Below, piece by piece: positions 51,501 to 61,020 of a stretch of DNA of 64,000 nt. The notes under the pieces were generated by a model, which was given only the letters and a program-made list of their open reading frames with translations, ran no database searches and was not told where the DNA came from. The first letter of the stretch is position 1. Each line of letters begins with the position of its first letter. The DNA is taken from assembly GCA_965603825.1 (NCBI GenBank), contig CBFDEM010000051.1, forward strand, positions 496,001 through 560,000, written 5' to 3'. The translations under genes and the position numbers were made by a program. Source of the DNA: Blepharisma stoltei ATCC 30299. Its lineage: Eukaryota > Protista > Ciliophora.

Positions 51501-52262
51501 CTATACGCATCCCATACCATAAGTTCTGAATTTTCTCTGATAAGAATTATCATATCAGTGTCAGTCATGGCTTCATTAAATCCAATGCCACACCATCCAT
51601 CAAAAGAACACTATATAGAAATTACGTTAAATGTAAACACAAGGTTAACTTCATCTTCAACGACCCATGATAGTAGAAAATTTGGATCAAGTTCGACAGA
51701 AATAATATCAGGAGGATTATTGAAGTAAGCATTTGCTTGGGTTGTGCCAAGTTTTAGCACACCAGATCCTACCATATTGTGTTGGGTGAACTTTGTGAGG
51801 TTTGGCTTGTCAAGGTATGCAAAACAGAAGTTTGTGACCATATTAGGAGCTAGTACAATATCGCATTTAGGATCTTGGGTATTTAGAAGACGGGTGATAG
51901 TTGCAAGCATAATACCACCTGTAAAACTAGCACTTTCCAGAATTATATCGTTTTTGCATCCGGAAATGGCGCTATCTTGGGCTGGAGTCTGAGGTTTAAA
52001 GCTGTAAGAATCCCAAGCTTGCATTAACCCATTTTCTCTGATTAAAATGATCATATCTGTGTTAATCATTCCAGAATTAAAGCCTATCCCACACCAGCCG
52101 TCAAACGAGCACTGAATAAGAATTTACATTGAAGGTGAAAGTTATTGCAGTTTGGTTCATTATCCAAGATAAATGAAAATTTTCATTTAATTCAACAGTT
52201 ACTAAGTCTGCAAGTGAAAACGCTAAGGAGATATAAAGAATGAAAAAGGTGAATTTTACCAT
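48503..52262 (-). CDS. Signal peptide, 4x DOMON, cytochrome b561, cytochrome b5 and FNR-type FAD/NAD(P)H reductase fusion, 1232 aa, four introns
   Basis: MVKFTFFILYISLAFSLA signal peptide. Four GWC(G/A)IGF..M..TDM...H repeats. b561 histidines in ENHG, IHAL, YHSR, RIHT. b5 motif HPGG...HS. Reductase motifs RRYYS, GPLGPG, AAGTGILPF, VCGP. The spliced length (3699 nt) is an exact codon multiple. Confidence 0.92.
50612..50626 (-). other. 15-nt intron GTAAAATTTATTTAG (DOMON4)
   Basis: Joins TFTFN to CKFDGW. Confidence 0.93.
51113..51127 (-). other. 15-nt intron GTAACCTTTATTTAG (DOMON3)
   Basis: Joins TFTFN to CTFDGW. Confidence 0.93.
51611..51625 (-). other. 15-nt intron GTAATTTCTATATAG (DOMON2)
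   Basis: Joins VFTFN to CSFDGW. Confidence 0.93.
52112..52127 (-). other. 16-nt intron GTAAATTCTTATTCAG (DOMON1)
   Basis: Joins TFTFN to CSFDGW; removal is needed to keep the signal peptide in frame. Confidence 0.92.
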
Positions 52263-53138
52263 CTTCTATTTTTATTAATTTCACCAGCTCCTATGATAAG
52301 TGACTAAATCTTTATTAAATATGGCAATTGATAAAATTTTTAGACAAAAAAGGAGCTAGATTAGCAATTCTATCTTTGAGGAGATCAGATGAAACGATAA
52401 AAGGTAGCTTAAAATGATTTTTATTATTTCAGAAACTTTTGTTTGGCTTTTAAGTATTTTTAATTAAATTCTTTTTTTGGCTATTATAAATTTAATTAAT
52501 GAGACAAGTTATTACAATAAAGTTAAAACAAAATTTAATTGGATTTCTTTGGATTGGATAAAAAATTCTCATTATAGGTTGGCACTTTTATCCCATATTA
52601 AACCAATGTTGAACTTAGGAGAAATGGTGAGCAATTTAACAAGGAAAATGTCTATTGACAGCTTCTTAAATTTGAGTGCTAGCACCCAAAAATTATTAAA
52701 ATATTAAAGGAATAAAAGAAATAGATGCTATTAGTTTTGCGCTTTTATGAATTATTTTTTAAATAAATCTCTTTCATTTTTGTTTGCCAATTTTTGGGTG
52801 TGTGCATCTTCTTATAATTTTGCCTTCGAAAATAATATCTCAATTTTTAGAGTAATCATAGGTCTTTATGCACCTATTTAATTGAAGGATTAAGCTTAAA
52901 AATTGTCTTTCATTTCAGCTAATAATTTCCAAAAAAATTGAGGTTGAGAAATTACTTGAATTAAGTACCTTTCTTAATAATTTTTCATTCCCTTTATTTT
53001 TCGAGATTAATTTTTTATAACCTCAACTAAAAGATTTATCAAGTAATTAAATAAACAATTAAAGACCATTTTTAAACAAATCAGGAAAATAGATCTGATT
53101 TTATACTAATTAAGAAGTTATACCATTAAAGAACACTT

Positions 53139-53590
53139 TTATTTCATCATCTTTTCTAAAAGATTTAATTTGTTGAACATATAGTCTTCGAGCCGTAGTT
53201 CCTCAATGGATTTAGACTCGAATTCTGATGCTGTATTTATATTTGTAATATTTATTTCAATGAAATCTAAGAAGTTATTTTCTCAGATTGAATTTTTGAA
53301 TTTATTCAAATGTAAAGTTCCTTTTTTGGAGTTTAAGATTTTATGTGATCGTAATTCTATTGAATTTAGGGGTATAAGAAACTCACGCTTTTTCTTGCCT
53401 GGCTCGTTATTATCAGGCAATTTATTAGTACGGAAATGCCATAAAGGATCCAAAGAAGTTTGCTCATTAGTTGGAATCTTAGTGGGTAGTGAACATTTTT
53501 GATTCGCCAGGGTTGAATTTTCAGGTTTGAATATTTCGGTTAAATGCCATTTGATCAGAACAAATTTGGTAGGAAGATAGATACACAGAG
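53139..53590 (-). pseudogene. Orphan reading frame ending in a Nup98-type GLEBS motif; probably the disconnected 3' part of the gene at 53878-54564
   Basis: Frame without an upstream ATG: ...KKGTLHLNKFKNSIW...ITNINTASEFESKSIEELRLEDYMFNKLNLLEKMMK*. Homologous to the C-terminus of 54747-55771. Confidence 0.65.
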
Positions 53591-53877
53591 AAAGTTAACT
53601 GAAGCTTTTTGATAGTAGATATTTGCGAGTAAGTAATTTATCCGAGAGGCATTTCTCCTTTAATTTTAAGTAATGCAAGATTTTATATCTGTATGCATAA
53701 GGAATTAATTGTATTAATCAATTCTAAATAAATTTAAATATCTGCTAAGTTTAATGCAATCGCAATTATTATTAACAGATGTCTTATGAGGAAAAGTGCA
53801 TAGGAACTTTAAGAGGAATGGCTTAAGAGAACAGCTTTTAGCAAGTGTCATAAGGGTAATATCATCTGAGAAAATGA

Positions 53878-54564
53878 CTAGCGTACTAACGTTCCCCTAA
53901 GAAAATAGCATGTTATCAATTTCCCAAGTAAGTGCCACACTATGAAAAGTTCCGATCAATGGATGAACCAAAATATTTCAGCTGTTATTGAACTCTTACG
54001 GCTAGATTTCCTATTATCATAAAACATCTTAAAAAACACAGGGGCTGACAAATTCATTACATCTTTCACATTTTCTTTTATAGAATTTGAATCAATATTT
54101 GTTATTAAAAGTTGCCAATCTTTGAGTTTTAATTCTGCTTTTGAAGGGCTCAGTTTAAAAATGCTCTCGAAATCGTTTTCTGAAGGCGATTCGTATACTT
54201 CTTCTGAGCGCGTTTCATCAATTAGCTTGTTGAATTTTTCTTCGAGATCGTTTACATAGCTAAGTGCCTTGTCTAAGGAATGCCTTACAACCTCTACAAT
54301 TTCTTTAGATTCTCTAATAAGCTTGGTTCTGAAATTTTGTAGTGATTCTTTCATCTCAATTAATTTTTGGTTAATTAAATTTTTGGTATCTGAGTCTGGC
54401 TTAAAGTAGACCTTTAAGCATCTGTGCCGCTTTTCGTTTTCTATGTCTTCGATATGCTGGAGTGCATGGGATTTGCAAAATATCACAGGCTGTGCAGAGC
54501 AGTCACATTTCCCATATGGCTTGCTTGTGCATTGGCTAATATAACATTTTGGGGAGTTTATCAT
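53878..54564 (-). CDS. Cys/His-rich (B-box-like) Zn-finger and coiled-coil protein, paralog B (possibly truncated)
   Basis: CYISQCTSKPYGKCDCSAQPVIFCKSHALQH followed by a coiled coil; reads through TGA 53956 to TAG 53878. Confidence 0.65.
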
Positions 54565-54746
54565 ATTTATTATAAAATTTCAAAGTAAAATTCTGGGCTG
54601 AATTTAAATTAGCAAATCGTTAGTATAGGTAAGGCAAATACTTGATTTTTAGCAAATCGGCAAGAGCAAGTGCATACCAAACAATAGCATCGCTCTTATA
54701 TTCTTTTGCCAATTAATAGTTATTATTCTATTTTCAAAACTTAGAT

Positions 54747-55771
54747 TTAATTGAGATTAGATTTATATATCTTTAATATAGAATCCAAAGGGATATTGAA
54801 TTGATAATCTTCAAATCGTAACTCTTCTACTGATTTATGATTAAATTCTGAAGATGCGTTAATGCTTCTAATGTATATAATTGAGCCTGAATCGTCTCGA
54901 CTTGACAAAGGGCAATATTTTATAAGCTTTGTGCCTCTCTTTTGTATATTTTCATATGAAACACTATCAGGATTGTGAAGTGTTGATTGACTAGATTGAA
55001 ATGACTCTTCTCTATCAGCTTGAAATAAACCTTTGATGTGGAATTGAAATAAACCTTGCCTATTGGGTTGAAAACTTTGACTGTTGGGTTTAAATAGGTC
55101 TTGGCTATTTGATTGAAATAGGCTTTGACTGTTGGCAGGCTCTAGAGAGCGAAAAAGAGATGGGGGTGGCTGATTCTCAGAAATTGGTTTTGGTATCTTG
55201 AACGTTGAGTCTATATTTTGACCTGAGAATTCTTGAGTAAGGTAAGGTGCTGATAAGTTAATCATCTCTTTTACTTTTTCTGCTATATTATTTCAACTAA
55301 CAGTATTTAGTGTTGAAAGACACCAATTTTTGAGTTTTATCTTTGCATCAAAAGGGTTTAATTTAAATAAACTTTTAATATCATTTTCAGAAGCTAAATC
55401 ATAAAATTCTTCTCTTTCTGTTTCTGTAATTAGGCTATTAAATGATTCTTCAAGTTTAGTTATTTTTTCAAGCGCTTTATTTAATGTATTTTTAGTGACT
55501 CCAATGATTTCTATAGAATCTTTGATAAGCTTGCTTCGTGATTTTAATAAAATTTCCTTCATCTCAATTATTTTACTTTTGATTAAAGCATTGGTTTCCG
55601 ATTTGGTTTAAAGTAAAGTTTTAAACATCGATGATACTTATTGTTTTCTATGTCTTCAATGTGCTGAAGTGCATGAGATTTACAAAATAGCACAGGCTTT
55701 TCTTCACAATCGCATTTTCCATATGGCTTTTTCATGCATTCGTCAGCAAAGCATTTTGGGGTCTTAATCAT
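54747..55771 (-). pseudogene. Zn-finger, coiled coil, xLFQ repeats and GLEBS protein, paralog A; one frameshift near 55600 (pseudogene or assembly error)
   Basis: Three track ORFs are colinear with paralog B. One base is missing at AAACCAAATCGGAA relative to B's KPDSDT. C-terminal SINASSEFNHKSVEELRFEDYQ. Confidence 0.65.
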
Positions 55772-56206
55772 ATTATTTTTATATATTTTCTACAAGCTTA
55801 TAGAGGTTAGAGAATGAAATCTTCAATTATTTTTGTTATTTGTAATCAAAATGGTAGTATTCCAATAATTTGCAATTTGGATCTCACTTTTTTATATTTT
55901 GCGAATAAATACTAATTGATATTTTTAAAGCTAAGTTAAAAAGGCCAAAGAAATGCTTTAAGACAGAATCAATCTTATATTTTTTAAAGCACATGATAAA
56001 AAAGTTTCTATTTTGTTTTTTTTATTTTTAGGTTAAATATTTCATGATTTGGCTCAATTTTAGTAATTTCTTTCTTATCAGATTCAGTTTTATAAGGATT
56101 TTTATGCTGCTCAGTTTCTTTTTAAAATATTTTCTTTTATGTCTTAATTGTTGTTAGTGCTGAATATAAAAATGTAAAAAATTTAATTCAATTATAACAT
56201 AATTTG

Positions 56207-58337
56207 ATGAAATCTTTATCAGATGAATGGTGAATCCAGGAAATTGATAGCGCTTATAGAAGCCTAAAAGAAATAGCTAGCTATATTATCTTTATTTCCT
56301 GGTGCTCGAGAACATTGAATTCGATGTATTCATCAAGAATTTTGGGAATTTTTGAAACACTTATGTTTGGCATATCAATTTTTCTTTATTTTCTGGCACA
56401 AAAATTCGTCTTTTCACACAAAGGAAAAATTATCATGGCTATTGTAGTCGCAGAGTATGCAAATTTTTGAACATGAACTATAGTGCATTTAATTAAAAAA
56501 GATTACAACCCCTTAGCGATAATTTTTTCCACAATATTTATCATTTTCATTCAAACTCAATATGTCAGGTCCAGTATTATTGTCTTTGCCATTGGAATCA
56601 AGCATATTATTCAATGGTACGTGATTCCGGCTTATTTTGGACTTGCTGAATATTCGCATGATATCCACACTTACATTGGAATTGGAGGAATTTTACTATT
56701 AAATTATTTAAAAACAATGCGCAGCCGTATGGTAAGGCTTGAAAGGTTTGAATACAAATCTAAACTAGAAGAAACCAAGCAGAAGTTCTTTGTTGTCTTG
56801 CAAAACTTTCCTGATGGACTAATTGTAATTTCTAACAGCTCGCAGATTGAACTCGTAAATGAGAAAATTCAATCTATGCTGAACTGCTCAAAAGATTCAC
56901 TCCTGAATATAATAAACTCCCTTTGCTACTATGAGCAAGATACCAATTCTACATCAAATCACCGCTTAATTGAAGATATAGACAATTGCGCAGAATTTGA
57001 TATGGACCAAGAAATCACTCTTGGCATTGTTTTATTTAATGAGAAATTTCTTGAGTGGAGGGCGAAAAAAATCCTTTGGGGTTCTGATGAAGCCATAATA
57101 ATTACTGTTCATAATATTGATCACATAATGCACTCTCAGCAAGCATTAACTCAGCGACGATTTAAGAATGCAGTGTTTCATTCTTTATCCCATGAATTGC
57201 GAACGCCAATAAATGCTATTATCTCAATACTAGATCAAGCTTTAATCAATGATATAAATAAAGATAAACTTGCTTTAGCTTATGTTTCTTCTAAGCAGCT
57301 TTTATCATCTATAAATGATATGCTTGATTTTTCAAGAATTGTGAATGGAACGTTTAAGTCTCTTTCTACAAATTGCTCTGTAAGAAAAATGATTGATGAA
57401 ATACATCAGCTGATTAAGAAGCAAGCTTTACAGAAAGGAATTGATATAAGAACAAGAATTGATGAAAGCATTCCAGATTTCATAAACTCAGATTCAAATC
57501 GAATTTTTCAAATACTGCTGAATTTATCAATGAATGCTCTAAAGTAATTACTAACTTAGGTTTACGAAAAGAGGATACATAGAAATATGTGCCATTCTGA
57601 CATTTGAAAATAAACTAAAGTTCATCATAAGAGACACAGGAATTGGGTTCTCATATGACAAATTGAAATGGATAAGAGAGATGCTGATCAATATGAAAGT
57701 TACTGATATTGGCAAAGAAGGTCTTGGATTAGGGCTATATATATCAAATATGATAGTAAAACAGCTTGGTGGAAGCCATATAAGAATCCATTCAGAACTG
57801 GGGGTTTATACTTCATTTAGCTTTTCTATTGATATAGGACTTGAAAAACCAGAAATTTTTGATGACTATTCTCTAAAGGTTCCTTCGGAAAGAAAATTCA
57901 ATATAATAAATAGATTGTCTCGCCCACGAAAACGATCATTAAAAATCCAGAAAAAAGTACTGCTTGTGGATGACAATGATTTGAACAGAGCAGTTGTCGG
58001 AACAGTTTTAGATTCAGAACACATTTCATACATGGAAGCAAGTGATGGAAAAGAAGCTGTCAATAAAATCATTGAGTATGATAAACTTGGAGGATTTAAA
58101 GTGGTAATAATGGATTGCAATATGCCTATAATGGATGGCTGGGAAGCAACTAGCACTATTATACAAATGCATAATGATAATGAAATTTCTAATTTGCCTG
58201 TAATCATTGGATATACAGCATTTACTTCTGATGAAGATGTACAGCTTTGCTATAGATGTGGGATGGTTGAATATATTGCAAAGCCTGCATCGACTGATAT
58301 ACTACTGAAATCTATTTTTCGATATTTAGATGAATAG
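56207..58337 (+). CDS. Membrane hybrid histidine kinase (TM, PAS-like, HisKA, HATPase, receiver), about 704 aa
   Basis: PDGLIVI, SHELRTPINAI, QILLNLSMNALKFT across a 16-nt intron, DTGIG, GLGLGLYIS, LLVDDN, MDCNMPIMDG, YIAKP. Confidence 0.93.
57544..57559 (+). other. 16-nt intron GTAATTACTAACTTAG
   Basis: Phase-2 intron with CTAAC branch motif; removal restores the N-box NALKFTKRG. Confidence 0.92.
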
Positions 58338-58519
58338 AAGAAAGATATTATTTATATAATTAATTGTAAATTTTTGTTGCTGAATGAATAATTAGCTGGC
58401 TAGTATTAAATTAAGTTGATATCATAATCCTTAGGGTTTTTTCAAGTTTCCTTCAAACTTTTTGGCAAGTTAATTATTATTTTAAATAAAGCCATTTAAG
58501 TCTAATTTATTGAAATCTT

Positions 58520-60968
58520 AATATTACAGGATGCGTTAATAATGTAATATTAGAAAAATCAAGCTTTACTAATGGAGCAATGACAGCAACCATATCAAGA
58601 CTCCTCAGCACAGGAGACTCTACTTGTGATAAAGTGTTGATTCCTAATATGATCACAGGATTTTCTTATGCTTATCTCAATCAATCAAATCTGCAGAATT
58701 TTACTATGCACAGCAAAAAAGAGTCAGGAATTTTGGGCCCCACACAGGGCTCCTCAAGTTTTAGTATAGGTGGATCAGAGCTAGTCACAGTTGATTTAGA
58801 CCCAAAATTTTCTTTGACATGGATTATGACAGCTACTGAAATTACTTTTACTTTTTTATGCAATTTTGATGGGTGATGCGGCATAGGATTTGGAGAATCA
58901 ATGCTTAATACAGACATGATTATTGTTATGAGGGTTAATGGAAAATTCCAAGCTTGGGATACGTGAAGCACATCATTCGCTGCCCCTGAAAAAGATGAAA
59001 GCGTCAGTGGGTGCAAAAATGATATTGAATTAGTCAGTTCAATATGAAATAATGGGACCATGCAAGTTGTAATGACGAGAAAATTGAGCACTGAGGACAA
59101 CAAATGTGACCTAGAGTTAGCACCGAATATGATTACTGGGTTTTGCTTTGGATATTTAGTGCAAACCGATTTAAGTAGCTTTGGAGAACATAATGTTGTA
59201 GGAAGCGGAACACTAAAACTAGGGACTTCGCAATCAGATTCCTATTTTCACGGTGAGGCTTCTTCACTATTCGGAGATCCTTATGAAAATCATGGAATAG
59301 AAATGACTGTAATATGGCTTTGCACTGCACAAATTGGAATCATGACCATGCGCTACTTGAAGTGATGAAGGCTTTCGGTTTTTTTTCCATTTCACTGCGT
59401 GTATGGCTTGTGTGTGTTTTACAGTAGGGTCTGTATATCAGACCTATAAAATAGATTTGTTACCTTATAATACAATGACTGAGAAAGTCCGATATCACTC
59501 TCGAATCGGCTTTGCTTTATGCTTCTTTAATTTTGCTCAAGTTGTGATAGGCTTAATAGCAAAAATCTGAATGCGATATAAATAAGACTTATCAGTTTTA
59601 AGGCTTTCTAGAAGAATTCATGCTATTTTAGGCTATATTTCTTGTATCCAAGCATTAATAAATTTGAAATACGGCTGGGAGCTTAAAAATGACAATGATA
59701 AGCTATGTAAAGTTTAGGATATGCCTCTCTGTGCTTATTAATCTTCGTATTGGAATTAAGGCATAGATTTGGTCATGTGATAAGCCCCTTTTATGCAATT
59801 TTAAAAAAACAAAGGTAAACAGAGCCTCTCAATTGAACCCAAACAATAAAGAAATGAGTGTAAACTTCGTAGATAAAAATGGAATGAACCACATAGAAAT
59901 CATCGAAAAAATACTTAAAGAAAACCTAAAATGGGTATTTTTTGATGAATTTGTGGTGGACGTTTCTGGATTTATGCAAAATCATCCTGGCGGAGATTAC
60001 ATGCTGCGAGAAGTAATAGGAGAAGATGTGGGGAAATATATAAATGGATGCTCAAGCATTGGAGATGGAGTTCTACCATATGGGCATACTCAAATAGCAA
60101 GAAATTTGCTTAATATTTTGGTAGTTGGAAAGATTGGCCAAACAAATGACTATATTTTGAATAAAGATGGGATAACTGATGATACTTGAAATATGAACTG
60201 AAAAATAGCAAAGAGATATAATCTTTCCTCGACGACCCAATCCATAGAATTCAAATCACATAAATGGGCTGTTAGAGAATCTCCAAGAGGATTTGAATGG
60301 ATTGGAAAGCATTTCAGAGATAGAGCAGTTATTGGATCCAGAGTAGTTAAAAGATACTATAGCTTGCTAGCTGCGAATTTATATGATTGGCATAAGCAAG
60401 TTCAAACTTAAGGATACTCAAGCGAGTATTCAAAAAATCAATATGTAGTCCCAGATAGCAGAGAAAACCTAGGCTATGTATAAAGCATTATGAGAATGGG
60501 AAAATATCTAATTATTTATGTACCCTTGACATTGGGTACAAAGTTAATATTAAAGGGCCTTTTGGTCCTGGTCTTGGACTTCAAGAAATTCCGCCAAATC
60601 TTTGTCTAGCCTTTGCTGCGGGAACTGGGATACTGCCATTTTTAGACTTAGTATACACAATATGGAACGGCCTTACACCTGAAGGATTCTGCTTATACCT
60701 TTATATAAGTTTCAGAACAAAAAACGAGAGTTTTGCCTTAGACTTGCTTGAAGCCACACAAAGGAAATATAAAGCGAAGCTCATTTTGGATATAAATATT
60801 TCTGAAGAAAAAATTGGGCAAAAATTGACGTTAGAATCCCTTGAAGCAAAAATTAATATAGCAGAAATATCAAGAGCTTGGGTTTGTGGGCCATCCGGAT
60901 TCAATAGATGGATTATTAATATTATAGAAAATCTTGAGATAAAAAGAAATCTTTTGATGGTTCTTTAA
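58520..60968 (+). pseudogene. 5'-truncated, disabled paralog of the DOMON-b561-b5-FNR gene
   Basis: Colinear with 48503-50950. In-frame TAA 59583, TAG 59715 and TAA 60409; frameshifts near 59380 and 60470 and probably near 59720; no signal peptide or start codon. Confidence 0.88.
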
Positions 60969-61020
60969 ATTTTAATCGTTTGAGTTTTAATTTTCACACC
61001 ATTTTAATTATAAAACGGCA

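Larger units (their letters stand above)
50250..52210 (-). repeat. Four tandem intragenic repeats of about 500 bp (DOMON units)
   Basis: Homologous introns are spaced 501, 498 and 501 bp apart, with clear amino-acid similarity between units. Confidence 0.9.

Noticed and set aside
55605-55615. TTTAAAC slippery heptamer near the frameshift in GLEBS paralog A
   Set aside because: It is read TTT AAA C, not the T TTA AAC phase needed for -1 frameshifting, and paralog B needs no shift.
59583-59585. TAA aligned with Gln, suggesting a TAA/TAG=Gln or ambiguous code
   Set aside because: Other stops in the same copy align with Tyr (59715) and Glu (60409), frameshifts co-occur, and no intact gene has an internal TAA or TAG; these are nonsense mutations.
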